Shown in pieces: positions 28,180 to 37,952 of a stretch of 64,000 nucleotides of DNA. Where the stretch lies: NCBI GenBank assembly GCA_963664395.2, contig OY761159.2, positions 1,600,001 to 1,664,000 on the forward strand, in the 5' to 3' direction. The notes beneath the pieces are model-generated. The model was not told where the DNA came from and did no database searches. It saw nothing but the letters and a program-made list of their open reading frames with translations. Origin of the DNA: Candidatus Binatia bacterium (GTDB lineage Bacteria; Desulfobacterota; Binatia; Bin18). The translations under genes were made by a program, and so were the position numbers. How positions within the stretch are numbered: position 1 is the first letter of the stretch; each line of letters starts with the position of its first letter.

Positions 28180-29193
28180 TCAGAGCGGTCCGCCGACTCC
28201 ATTGACTTCAGTTTTCAGCTCCGCTGCCTTATCGACAATGCCAATTTCTCCCATCCGACGGAATTTCGCGTAGCGTTGCTCCATGAGTTCGGCGACGGAC
28301 AAGCCGCGCACCGTTTGCAGGTGCCGGGCGATTGCTTCTCCAACGTCGATTATAGCTGCTTGGGCATGACGGTGGGCTCCGCCTGGTGGCTCGGCGATCA
28401 CCTCATCAATCACACCTAAAGAAAGCAAATGCGGAGCCGTCACCTTCAGCGCCTCGGCTGCCCAGGCCGACCGTTCCGGCGTGCGTTCTCCAAACAGAAT
28501 CGCCGCACAGCCTTCGGGAGTAATGACCGAATAGCAGGCATTCTCCTGCATCAGGAGCCGGTCGCCAACACTGAGGGCCAGCGCGCCGCCACTCCCCCCT
28601 TCTCCAATAACCGTGACAACGATGGGTGTCTTGAGGCCGGCCATTTCCTGGATATTCCTGGCAATGGCTTCGGCTTGGCCGCGCTCCTCAGCGCCAACGC
28701 CGGGATAGGCGCCTTGGGTATCAATAAAGCTCAATACCGGCCGCTGGAACCGCTCGGCGAGATGAAAGAGACGCAGCGCTTTGCGATACCCCTCGGGACG
28801 GGGCATCCCAAAATTTCGGTGGACTTTTTCAGCCACCGTCTTTCCGCGCTGATGGCCGACAACAACAACGGGCGTGCCACGAAAACGCGCCAGACCGCCG
28901 ATAATTGCCGGATCATCACCAAAGACTCGGTCGCCGTGCAGCTCTACGAATTCGGAGCAGAGGGCCTCAATATAATCAAGCGTGTAGGGCCGGTCCGAGT
29001 GTCGAGAGAGTTGCACCTGTTGCCACGGCGAGAGTACGGCAAACACCTCTGTCTCGCGTTGCCGGAGCTGTTCTTCCAGTGCGGCCAGTTCAGTCTGTTG
29101 CGCTGCGGACCGGATTTCCAACTGGGTGAGGTACTGAACCTGATTGTCCAATTCCTCCAGAGGTTGCTCAAAATCGAGATAGGTTGTCTGCAC
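28180..29193 (-). CDS. accA: Acetyl-CoA carboxylase carboxyltransferase alpha
   Basis: YLDFEQP, RPYTLDYI, NFGMPRPEGYRKA, GEGGSGGAL. Confidence 0.98.
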   Translation of the reverse strand: MQTTYLDFEQPLEELDNQVQYLTQLEIRSAAQQTELAALEEQLRQRETEVFAVLSPWQQVQLSRHSDRPYTLDYIEALCSEFVELHGDRVFGDDPAIIGGLARFRGTPVVVVGHQRGKTVAEKVHRNFGMPRPEGYRKALRLFHLAERFQRPVLSFIDTQGAYPGVGAEERGQAEAIARNIQEMAGLKTPIVVTVIGEGGSGGALALSVGDRLLMQENACYSVITPEGCAAILFGERTPERSAWAAEALKVTAPHLLSLGVIDEVIAEPPGGAHRHAQAAIIDVGEAIARHLQTVRGLSVAELMEQRYAKFRRMGEIGIVDKAAELKTEVNGVGGPL

Positions 29194-29266
29194 AATTGCT
29201 CCTTCATAAAGAGGGCGTGAAACGGCGGGAGTAAAACGGCACAAAAAATCTCTGCCTGCTCACCCA

Positions 29267-30199
29267 TCACGTTTTACTCGCCCGTCCAAAGAACTCCTGA
29301 ATCACGCGGTCAATATCTTGCTCTTGCGTTCGCGCATACCACTGCACCGCCGGTTCCGCTCGCAGCCAGGTCATCTGCCGTTTGGCCAGCCGGCGTGTTT
29401 CCTTGGCCATGTGGGCGACGGCTTCCTCCAGTGTGCAGCGTCCGTGCAACAGGTCCCCAATCTGGGCATAGCCTATGGTGCGGAGGGTGGGAAGCTGCTC
29501 ACCAAACCCCATATCCCAGACCCGACGGACCTCGTCAACAAGGCCCTCACGAATCATCTGCCGGCAGCGCTGTGTAATGCGCTGGGCCAAGACCTCCCGC
29601 TCCATGACCAGGGACACCAGGAGCGTCGAAAATGGTCGCTCTTGGAAGCCATGCTCTCGCTGCCAGGCACTCAGTGGCTTGCCACTCAACAACCAGACTT
29701 CCAGGGCCCGAATCAGCCGGACGCGGTCGTTTGGATGGAGCCGGCGGGCTGCGTCCGCATCAACTTGGTGCAGCTGGCTATGGAGAAAACCAGGGCCATG
29801 CTCTGCCTCCTGTGCGGCCAGACGTTTACGCAGCGCAGGGTCAGACTGCGGTCCGACAAAGAGCCCACGGGTGAATGCACGAATATAGAGTCCGGTTCCA
29901 CCCACAACAAAAATACGCTTGCCGCGCCGGGTAATATCGGCAACCGCTTCGTGCCCAAGTGTCCGAAATCGTGCCACATCAAAGTGTTCATCCGGATTGA
30001 CCACATCAATCACATGATGCGCAACCTGGGATTGCTCTTGTGTTGTTGGTTTTGCGGTACCAATGTCCAAGTGCCGATACACTTGACGTGAATCCGCACT
30101 GATAATCTCGGCGTTATAGCGTTGGGCGAGGGTGAGCGCGAGCGCTGTTTTTCCCGTAGCTGTCGGTCCGGCAATAACAACGATCTGCGGCTTTCCCAT
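29267..30199 (-). CDS. miaA: tRNA dimethylallyltransferase
   Basis: GPTATGKT, SADSRQVY, IGTAKP, VGGTGLY, AKRQMTW. Confidence 0.98.
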   Translation of the reverse strand: MGKPQIVVIAGPTATGKTALALTLAQRYNAEIISADSRQVYRHLDIGTAKPTTQEQSQVAHHVIDVVNPDEHFDVARFRTLGHEAVADITRRGKRIFVVGGTGLYIRAFTRGLFVGPQSDPALRKRLAAQEAEHGPGFLHSQLHQVDADAARRLHPNDRVRLIRALEVWLLSGKPLSAWQREHGFQERPFSTLLVSLVMEREVLAQRITQRCRQMIREGLVDEVRRVWDMGFGEQLPTLRTIGYAQIGDLLHGRCTLEEAVAHMAKETRRLAKRQMTWLRAEPAVQWYARTQEQDIDRVIQEFFGRASKT

Positions 30200-30265
30200 A
30201 TGTCACCGTGAGTTTGTGAGACGCACGCGCAAGCGGCGGCGTATGGATACGACCGGTTCGCACAG

Positions 30266-30381
30266 CCCCCTCACCCCAGCCCTCGCCCGCCAGACGTGTG
30301 ATGCCCATGACCCTGAGTTCCGGCCAGACTGGCTGTGGCCGCCGGCCAGGAGGCAACCGCTGCCCTGCCCCGTGGTTGCCT
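30266..30381. repeat. CCCCCTCACCCCAGCCCTC-type intergenic repeat plus hairpin
   Basis: CCCCCTCACCCCAGCCCTCGCCC at 30266-30288; AGGCAACC..GGTTGCCT hairpin at 30351-30381. Confidence 0.5.
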
Positions 30382-30428
30382 GCGGCACGGCGTGTTGCAT
30401 CACACGGTCTCTTGCACGGTCTCTTGGC

Positions 30429-31106
30429 TCATCCCGACGACGGATCAACCCCAAGGGCAGGTAAAACATCCAAATCCTGCAACGCCTGATAGGTATGCGT
30501 CGCGGTTGGCTTTGAGGCAAATAGCTTGAGGTCTTCAACCGAATCAATGTCAAACGCAATACGCGGAGCCTCAATCACTCGGCAGGCGACATTTCCTTCC
30601 CGAGCCTGGACCTGGTGGGCGTTGAGGCTCGGTCCGCCAAAGCAGGTTGGGATAACGAGCGGCGGCGTGCGCAAGAGCGCATTGGTGCCCTCGCCTTCTT
30701 TGCACGTCACCAGCAAGACTTCGGGCTCATCCGTTGCTTCACACAAGAGCAGGTCAATGTCTTCAGAGGTGACCAGCGGCAGGTCTGACAGCAGGACCAG
30801 GAGCGTTGTCCCGCCCTGTTGCAGACAAAATTCGGCACCAATAGCAACGGCCCCGTTGAGCCCCCGCGGGTGGCCCTCATCAATGGCCTCAGCACCTAAA
30901 CCACGCGCGATGTCCAGTAAGATGTGGTCCGAGGTCACGACGCCGAAGCGGTCTACCGTAGCCGCCCGGCGCAGCTGCGCCAGAACGTCACGCAACATGG
31001 CCTGAGACAGGCTATACCGCTGTGCATCGGACAAGAGGGCTGCCAAGCGACTCTTGCCTTGGGCTAACGCTTTTATAGGAACGAGAACAAAGTTCACGTG
31101 AGCCAT
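30429..31106 (-). CDS. cofC: F420 biosynthesis guanylyltransferase CofC/FbiD
   Basis: VPIKAL..GKSRL, GLNGA, SDLP, GTNAL, FDIDSVEDL. Confidence 0.93.
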   Translation of the reverse strand: MAHVNFVLVPIKALAQGKSRLAALLSDAQRYSLSQAMLRDVLAQLRRAATVDRFGVVTSDHILLDIARGLGAEAIDEGHPRGLNGAVAIGAEFCLQQGGTTLLVLLSDLPLVTSEDIDLLLCEATDEPEVLLVTCKEGEGTNALLRTPPLVIPTCFGGPSLNAHQVQAREGNVACRVIEAPRIAFDIDSVEDLKLFASKPTATHTYQALQDLDVLPALGVDPSSG

Positions 31107-31194
31107 CCTGAAGAAATTCTCCTTGCAGAACAAGAGGGAATGTGGATATAGTTGGGCCTCTATCACCCACTGCCTATCAAGAAGGAGGAGCCCC

Positions 31195-32412
31195 ATGAGA
31201 GAAGTTGCCCTGGTTGGTGCGGGCATGACCCGTTTTGCCAAGCATCTGGATAAAGGCATGAAAGAGTTGTCCCGCGAAGCCGTTGAGGGGGCGCTTAAAT
31301 CCGCCGGGGTTGAGGCGCAGGCGCTAGAGGCGGTCGCGGTTGGGAACGCCATGGCCGGCCTGATTACCGGTCAGGAATGCATCCGCGGGCAAGTGGTCCT
31401 GCGCGAAATGGGTATTGGCGGCATTCCGGTCATCAACACCGAAAACGCCTGCGCCAGTGCGGCAACCGCGTTTCATCTCGCTTGGTTGTATGTTGCGTCA
31501 GGCATGTATGACGTCGTGCTCGCCCTGGGCATGGAAAAGCTCTACCACGAGGATAAAAAGAAATCGTTTGCCGCTCTTGGCAGCGCCATTGATGTTGAGC
31601 TGATGCAAGAAACCTTGGCGGATATGAAAAAGTCAACCGAGGAGAAAGGCGGAGGAGCCGAGGCAGGCAAGTCACGCAGCATGTTCATGGACTTTTACGC
31701 TGAGTTTGCACGCAGCCACATGCGTAAATACGGCACGACCAAAGAGCACTATGCACAAATTGCAGCCAAGAACCACACCAATGGCAGTCTGAACCCACAC
31801 GCCCAGTTTCAGACCCCGCGCAGCATGGAAGACGTGCTCGCCTCGCCCATGATCGCCGATCCGCTGACCCGGATGATGTGCTCGCCTATTGGTGACGGCG
31901 CTGCCGCCCTGGTGCTCACCAGCGCAGAGAAAGCGAAAGAACTCACCACCAAGCCGGTCTATGTCAAAGCCTCGGTGCTGGGTTCGGGTAAAGACCGTCA
32001 GCCTGGTGACCCCGGCGTGACAGAGCGCATGGCGAAGAAAGCCTATGAAGTCGCGGGGATCGGCCCTGAAGACCTTGATGTGGCTGAAGTCCACGACGCT
32101 TCGGCGCCGGCAGAACTCATCATCTATGAAGAGCTCGGCCTGTGCCAACAAGGCGAAGGGGGCCGCCTGATTGACGAAGGGGTGACGGCGCTCGGCGGGA
32201 AAACTCCGGTAAATCCCAGCGGCGGTTTGCTGGCCAAAGGCCATCCCGTCGGTGCCACCGGCACGGCCCAGATTGCCGAGATTTTCTGGCAACTCCGCGG
32301 TGAAGCCGGTAAACGCCAAGTCGAAGGAGCCAGAGTTGGGCTGACCGAGAACGGTGGCGGTATGGTCCGGGGCGAAGCGGCCGCTTTGGCCGTTCACATT
32401 CTCAGCGTCTAA
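31195..32412 (+). CDS. SCP-x-type thiolase
   Basis: ENACASA, AEVHDA, NPSGGLLAKGHPVGATG. Confidence 0.93.
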   Translation: MREVALVGAGMTRFAKHLDKGMKELSREAVEGALKSAGVEAQALEAVAVGNAMAGLITGQECIRGQVVLREMGIGGIPVINTENACASAATAFHLAWLYVASGMYDVVLALGMEKLYHEDKKKSFAALGSAIDVELMQETLADMKKSTEEKGGGAEAGKSRSMFMDFYAEFARSHMRKYGTTKEHYAQIAAKNHTNGSLNPHAQFQTPRSMEDVLASPMIADPLTRMMCSPIGDGAAALVLTSAEKAKELTTKPVYVKASVLGSGKDRQPGDPGVTERMAKKAYEVAGIGPEDLDVAEVHDASAPAELIIYEELGLCQQGEGGRLIDEGVTALGGKTPVNPSGGLLAKGHPVGATGTAQIAEIFWQLRGEAGKRQVEGARVGLTENGGGMVRGEAAALAVHILSV

Positions 32413-32976
32413 ATGCGGATTATCTCCGGCTCGGCAGGTGGGCTTACACTCACGGTGCCCAAGGGACACAAGATCCGGCCCACTGCCGACCGAGTCAGAG
32501 AGTCTGTATTCAACATCTTGGCCAGTCGATTGTCTCTCATTGATATAGACGTTCTTGATCTGTTCGCCGGCACAGGGGGGCTCGGCATAGAAGCCTTAAG
32601 CCGAGGCGGACGCTCGGCCGTGTTCGTTGATGCCAGTCCGGACGCGCAAAAAGTTATCCGCACCAACCTCAAAACAACCAAGTTGCTCCATCGTGGCCGT
32701 ATGCTTCGGGCCACCGCCCTCACAGGTATTCGCATCCTGGAAAACCAAGGGCTCCGTTTCGGCGGGGTGTTTCTTGACCCGCCGTATCAGGAAGGCTGGG
32801 TGGACAAAACCCTGCGGCGTTTGGCTCGGAGCTCGGTACTCCTCCCCGGTGCCTGGGTGGTTGTTGAGCACGCGCGGCAGGAAGCCGGAGCCGACTCCTA
32901 CACCTCGTTGGTATTGACGGACCGTCGCCGTTACGGCACAACCGGGGTGTCTTTCTACCAGTATGAGCCAGCATGA
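32413..32976 (+). CDS. rsmD: 16S rRNA m2G966 methyltransferase
   Basis: MRIISG, RPTADRVRESVFN, LDLFAGTG, DPPY. Confidence 0.96.
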   Translation: MRIISGSAGGLTLTVPKGHKIRPTADRVRESVFNILASRLSLIDIDVLDLFAGTGGLGIEALSRGGRSAVFVDASPDAQKVIRTNLKTTKLLHRGRMLRATALTGIRILENQGLRFGGVFLDPPYQEGWVDKTLRRLARSSVLLPGAWVVVEHARQEAGADSYTSLVLTDRRRYGTTGVSFYQYEPA

Positions 32977-32991
32977 AAATGAGGAATCCGA

Positions 32992-33486
32992 GTGAAACGC
33001 CGCGCCATATATCCCGGCTCTTTTGACCCACCAACGTGTGGCCATGTAGACATCGTCCGGCGGAGTCTTGAGCTCACCGATGAAGTGGTTGTCGCTGTCG
33101 TGTATAACCCCCAAAAAGAGAACTACCTTTTCACTCCCCAGGAACGGCTCGACATGTTTCGCGAGGAGTTGCAGGAGGCCGGAGAGCGGGTGATCTACGA
33201 CAGCTTTCATGGCCTACTGGTTGATTACGTCGAGCGCATGCAATCCAAGATTATTATCCGGGGTTTGCGCGCGGCCTCAGATTTTGAATACGAGTTTCAG
33301 ATGGCCCTCATGAACCGCCATATGAAGCCCGAGATTGATACGGTTTTTCTGACGACCGGGGCGGCACATTTTTACACTGCGGCCCGCTTGATCAAAGAAA
33401 TTGCCAGTCTGAACGGTTCAGTGACGGGCCTCGTTCCGCCCCATGTCGAAAAGCGCCTTCGCGAGAAATTCGCGCAAAAGGCCTGA
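32992..33486 (+). CDS. coaD: Pantetheine-phosphate adenylyltransferase
   Basis: YPGSFDP..GH, IRGLRAASDFEYE. Confidence 0.97.
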   Translation: MKRRAIYPGSFDPPTCGHVDIVRRSLELTDEVVVAVVYNPQKENYLFTPQERLDMFREELQEAGERVIYDSFHGLLVDYVERMQSKIIIRGLRAASDFEYEFQMALMNRHMKPEIDTVFLTTGAAHFYTAARLIKEIASLNGSVTGLVPPHVEKRLREKFAQKA

Positions 33487-33580
33487 ACGCGGACTATCAC
33501 AGGCTCACATGACCGTTTCACGTCGTTGTATGAGCCACGTGCAGACCGTGCATGAGACAAGAGGAGTGTAGGGTAAAATC

Positions 33581-34780
33581 ATGCGTCTTGCAGCACGTTT
33601 GGATCAGGTCAAACCATCGCCGACCCTCATGGTCACAGTGAAAGTCGCGGCGCTCCGCCGTGAGGGGATTGAAGTGATTGATTTTGGGGCTGGCGAGCCC
33701 GACTTTGATACCCCGGAGCATATTAAAGACGCGGCTATCGCGGCCCTCAAACAAGGCAAGACCAAATATACGCCGGTGGGCGGAACGGCGGACGTCAAAG
33801 AGGCCATCATCGCGAAACTCCGGCGAGACAATAGTCTCGAATACACACTCCCGGAAGTCACAACCGGTTGCGGCGGGAAACATATCCTCTTCAACGCCTT
33901 TCATGCCTTGGTCGGTCCCGGAGATGAAGTCCTCATCCCAGCGCCCTATTGGGTCAGCTATTCCGACATCGTGATCCTGGCCGGTGGCACACCGAAACTC
34001 CTTCCAACGACGGAAGAAACGGGTTTCAAAATCACGGCCGCCCAACTGCAAGACGCAATCGGCCCGCAGAGCAAAGTGCTGTTACTCAACAGCCCGTCCA
34101 ATCCGACCGGCGCCGCCTACACGGAAGACGAGCTCAGCCGGATTGCTGACGTGATCGAGTCCAGCGACCTCTTCACCATCTCTGACGACGTATACGAAAA
34201 GTTTTTGTACGACGCGCCGCGCTGCGCCCATTTGCTCGCACTCAAGCCCCAACTGCGCGACCGGGTGCTCGTGGCCAATTCGGTTTCAAAAACCTACGCC
34301 ATGACAGGCTGGCGTTTAGGCTATGCAGCCGGACCGCCGGAGGTCATTAAGGCGATGGAAACCATCCAGAGCCAGAGCACCTCAAACCCGAACTCAATCG
34401 CCCAGGCCGCGGCGATTGAAGCCCTGACCGGCGACCAGGAACCGGTCGGCGTCATGGCTGGAGAGTTTGCCAAGCGACGCACTTACGTGGTTGACCGACT
34501 CCGGGCTATCCCAGGCATCACCTGCACGCTGCCGGAAGGCGCGTTTTATGTTTTTCCACGGGTCTCGGGTTGCTTCGGGTCCCAGTGGCAGGGCAAAACC
34601 ATTGCGTCGGCCATGGACTTCTCGCTGTATCTCCTGGAAGAAGCCAAGGTTGCGCTTGTCGCAGGTGAGGGATTTGGCTCTGCGGAGCACGTCCGTATTT
34701 CGTATGCCACTTCCATGCAGAATCTGGAGCAGGGCCTCAATCAGATAGAGGCGGCGCTCCAGCGCCTGAGCGGAGCGTAG
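33581..34780 (+). CDS. aspC: Class I/II PLP aminotransferase (AspC-like)
   Basis: GEPDFDTP, NSPSNPTG, SKTYAMTGWRLGY, RISYA. Confidence 0.93.
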   Translation: MRLAARLDQVKPSPTLMVTVKVAALRREGIEVIDFGAGEPDFDTPEHIKDAAIAALKQGKTKYTPVGGTADVKEAIIAKLRRDNSLEYTLPEVTTGCGGKHILFNAFHALVGPGDEVLIPAPYWVSYSDIVILAGGTPKLLPTTEETGFKITAAQLQDAIGPQSKVLLLNSPSNPTGAAYTEDELSRIADVIESSDLFTISDDVYEKFLYDAPRCAHLLALKPQLRDRVLVANSVSKTYAMTGWRLGYAAGPPEVIKAMETIQSQSTSNPNSIAQAAAIEALTGDQEPVGVMAGEFAKRRTYVVDRLRAIPGITCTLPEGAFYVFPRVSGCFGSQWQGKTIASAMDFSLYLLEEAKVALVAGEGFGSAEHVRISYATSMQNLEQGLNQIEAALQRLSGA

Positions 34781-34790
34781 CGCCAAATCC

Positions 34791-35678
34791 TTACAGCGCC
34801 CTTAGCACCCTGTCCGCATCGAAATTATACCCGGCTGATTGCAGTTCCTTGACAAGGTCCGTTTTCCAGGCTCGGTCGTCCAGCGGAATGTACACAACCC
34901 CAGCGTAATCCGATGGTATCTCCACCTCTCCCTTGATCAGGGCGCAGACTCGGTTTCGACCAAGTTTGCCGATAAAGAAGCCCAACTCGAAAATCACGTT
35001 CTGTCTGGCACGAGGATTGAGCGTATTGCTGTCATCCTGAAGCGAACCGGTATCATCCGGCGTCAGTAAAGCTACCGCGAATCCGACCTGTGCGTGTTGC
35101 TCGAATTTCTCAATGATGGTACGTCCCCGGCTCGGTTGTTCGGCTAATATCACCGGATTGAGCTCTAATTGCTCAAGGAATCTCGCGACAGTGTTCTTCG
35201 TGCCTTCATCTCTACCATGGATGACGAAGACTTCATTCGTGTTCGTCCGTTTATTCTCTTGGGCAGCGGAAGATGGCGGTGTCTGGTTTTCTTCTTCCTC
35301 CTCCTCTTCCTCCTCTTCTTCCCCCTGCATACTGAAAGCCTCTAACACGCCTTTTGCTGTCACCGGCTCCCAATACTCCTCAATCTCCTCAATCATCGAT
35401 TCGAGGATCGCCGCCGCGGATTCCAAGCCTTCCACATATGCTTTCTGCTCTTCCCAATCAGAAGCGTTTATGATCATTGACCAATAGCCGACACGGTCGA
35501 AGTCCTTGATATGGCGTGACTTGTCCCCGAACGTACTGGTAATGGCGATCTGTGTATTTCTTCTCCACTTCTTAAGTTCTGGAGAACTGCTTCGGTCCTG
35601 CAATTCCCTCAATTCGGGTATTGCATCCAGTGCTCTCCGTAGACGCTCCAATGCCTTGGCTTTGCTCGGTTTCGCCAT
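34791..35678 (-). CDS. Cap12/Pycsar-type TIR domain protein with helical N-domain and poly-Glu linker
   Basis: VFVIHGRD, GRTIIEKFE, LLTPDD, RARQNVIFELGFF, PSDYAG. Confidence 0.88.
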   Translation of the reverse strand: MAKPSKAKALERLRRALDAIPELRELQDRSSSPELKKWRRNTQIAITSTFGDKSRHIKDFDRVGYWSMIINASDWEEQKAYVEGLESAAAILESMIEEIEEYWEPVTAKGVLEAFSMQGEEEEEEEEEEENQTPPSSAAQENKRTNTNEVFVIHGRDEGTKNTVARFLEQLELNPVILAEQPSRGRTIIEKFEQHAQVGFAVALLTPDDTGSLQDDSNTLNPRARQNVIFELGFFIGKLGRNRVCALIKGEVEIPSDYAGVVYIPLDDRAWKTDLVKELQSAGYNFDADRVLRAL

Positions 35679-35760
35679 CACTCCAACTCCACAATCTTCA
35701 AGCTCTCGGTCCTCCGATAGTCCGCAATCTTGACCGCCGCCTGATGATGCTCGTCGGCCC
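35678..35760 (-). pseudogene. Probable C-terminal remnant of an RM DNA methyltransferase-type gene
   Basis: ADEHHQAAVKIADYRRTESLKIVELE* resembles the recalled AAVKIVDDRGIESLK tail; TGATG-coupled to the TIR gene. Confidence 0.45.
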
Positions 35761-35843
35761 CAACCAGCCTTGAGCTTGCGCGCTAGCTTGGCTCAGCCGT
35801 CTTTGGGAGCCGGCTATGGGTAAAGAACACTTGGCGGGGAAAC

Positions 35844-35880
35844 AGAGGGCTTTGCGCCTTCGCTGGCGCGTCAGCCCTCT
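35844..35880. terminator. Hairpin downstream of the DUF1330 gene
   Basis: AGAGGGC..GCGCC-TTCGCT-GGCGC..GCCCTCT. Confidence 0.5.
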
Positions 35881-35892
35881 ATCGGAATTGCG

Positions 35893-36189
35893 CTAGAGCC
35901 CTTCGACCAGGACAATCTCGGCCTCGGAGCCGGTCTGGCGCAGCTTAATCAGTGGGGCGTACTCCGGGTCGTTATACCAGGCCCGGGCGGCCTCCAGGGA
36001 CGGGAACTCAACGACGACCATCACCCGGCCGGCCGGCGTCGTGCCTTCCACGACATCCATCTCCCCGCCGCGCACCAGGTAGCGTCCGCCGTGCTTCTCC
36101 ACCAAAGCCTGAACTTTCGGTCCATACTCCTCCACCCAGGCAGGATCACTCACATCTACTCCACCAACGAGATAGGCTGGCATACTCAT
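35893..36189 (-). CDS. DUF1330 protein
   Basis: HGGRYLVRGG, VVEFPS.EAARAWY..PEY. Confidence 0.92.
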   Translation of the reverse strand: MSMPAYLVGGVDVSDPAWVEEYGPKVQALVEKHGGRYLVRGGEMDVVEGTTPAGRVMVVVEFPSLEAARAWYNDPEYAPLIKLRQTGSEAEIVLVEGL

Positions 36190-36304
36190 ATTCTCCTTTG
36201 TCTTTACTATAATCTCATCTCTCCGAGTGCTTCTATCACACCGGGTACGCCGTGGTCACCCGTACCCCAGAGTCGTGCTCCGTTCTGTTTTTCCCCCTCG
36301 GGCT

Positions 36305-37900
36305 TCAGCCGTTGACCAGTTCCCAGGCCAATTTTTTTGCCGTCTCAAGGTCGGACACGAAATGCTCTGAAGGAATGCGGTCATGGATACCGAACATCCG
36401 TAGCGCTTCCTCAGCCGAACCGGACAAGCCAACGACAACACAGCCCTTGGCCTCCGTTTGGGAGACCGCGGCCAGGTCCTCGATGACCAGGGCCGCGCTA
36501 TCGTCCATATACGTCACGTCCGAAAAGTCGAAGATGACCACCTCGTGGTCCTTGATGTCCGCCCCGACCGACCGGGCCAGTTCCCGCGCAGACGCCACGG
36601 AAAAGTGGCCGGGGAGGGCGACGAGCCCGACGCGGGCTTCGTAGGATTTCTCTGCCTCCGGAGAGACCACTGCATCCAGAAGCGGTACCGATACCACCTT
36701 CTTCAACTCTTCGGGCTCCAAGCGACGCGCAGACACGAAGCCGGCCATAATCAGCCCCACACCAACCGCCATGATGAGATCGACAAACACGGTCAGCACC
36801 AGCGTCAGCAACATGATGATCACGTTTTCTGTCGCCGCCTGGTGAATCCGCAGCAGGAAGCGCCAGTCGATGATGTCCCAGCCCACCTTCATCAGGATGC
36901 CGGCCAGGCAGGCCTCCGGGACTCGCGCGACGAACGGGCCGAGGCCAAACATAAAGGCCAGGAGGATCACGGCGTGTAAGGCACCCGATAGCGGCGTTCG
37001 CCCCCCGACCCGCACGTTGAGCAACGTTCGCATGGTGGCACCCGCCCCAGGCATGACACCCAGCAGACCTGCTGCCACGTTGCCCATACCCTGACCGAAC
37101 AACTCCCGGTCCGAGTTGTGTTGTGTCCGGGTCATGGAATCGGCAACCAGGGAGGTCAACAAACTGTCGATGGAGTTCACCAAAGCGAGAATCAGAGCCG
37201 GCTCCAACATTTTGGACAAAAATCCTCCGGCCAGCACTGGCCATTGCGGCTCAGGCAGCCCGGTGGGGACTGCGCCAATCACCGGCGCGCTAGGCAACCA
37301 GAGCTCTGCCACGACCGTCCCGAGAAGCAGGGCCGCGAGCGGCGAGGGCAATATGTTGTGTAACCGCCGGGGCCAGAATATGCCAACCGCGAGCGCTACG
37401 CTGGCGATAACCAGGGCATCCGGATTGAGGTTGGCCAGCGCCGCAGGCCACGCCCGGACGGCGTCGAGCGGTCCGCCCGCCGCTGATGTACCCAGAAAGG
37501 GCAAGGTCTGAAGGAGAATGATGATAATGCCGATGCCGGACATAAACCCCGAGACAACGGAATACGGCGTATAGGTCACGAACCGTCCGAATCTGAGCAG
37601 GCCGAAAGCAATCTGGAACAGCCCGCTCAATATGACGATTGTCGCGACCTCGGCCAGATTGTCGGCATGCTGGGTGACGATGACCGCCGTGGCAATGGCT
37701 GTTGGCCCGGTGGGCCCGGATATCTGCGCCGGCGTTCCACCCAGCACCGCGGCCAAGAATCCGACCACGATTGCGCCGTATAATCCGGCGACCGGCCCCA
37801 AACCGGACGCCACGCCAAAGGCCAAGGCCAGGGGCAAGGCCACCACGGCCGAGGCAATACCTCCGAAGATGTCCCCGCGCAGGGTTTTCAGATCAAACAT
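36305..37900 (-). CDS. SulP-family anion/bicarbonate transporter with STAS domain
   Basis: VALPLALAFGVASG, QISGPTG, ELFGQG.GN, GAGATMRT, FDFSDVTYMD. Confidence 0.95.
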   Translation of the reverse strand: MFDLKTLRGDIFGGIASAVVALPLALAFGVASGLGPVAGLYGAIVVGFLAAVLGGTPAQISGPTGPTAIATAVIVTQHADNLAEVATIVILSGLFQIAFGLLRFGRFVTYTPYSVVSGFMSGIGIIIILLQTLPFLGTSAAGGPLDAVRAWPAALANLNPDALVIASVALAVGIFWPRRLHNILPSPLAALLLGTVVAELWLPSAPVIGAVPTGLPEPQWPVLAGGFLSKMLEPALILALVNSIDSLLTSLVADSMTRTQHNSDRELFGQGMGNVAAGLLGVMPGAGATMRTLLNVRVGGRTPLSGALHAVILLAFMFGLGPFVARVPEACLAGILMKVGWDIIDWRFLLRIHQAATENVIIMLLTLVLTVFVDLIMAVGVGLIMAGFVSARRLEPEELKKVVSVPLLDAVVSPEAEKSYEARVGLVALPGHFSVASARELARSVGADIKDHEVVIFDFSDVTYMDDSAALVIEDLAAVSQTEAKGCVVVGLSGSAEEALRMFGIHDRIPSEHFVSDLETAKKLAWELVNG

Positions 37901-37952
37901 CGTTGCTTCCCCAGAGTTCTCGTTGGGGGTGGCCGTTGGTCGCCTCCGGGCA

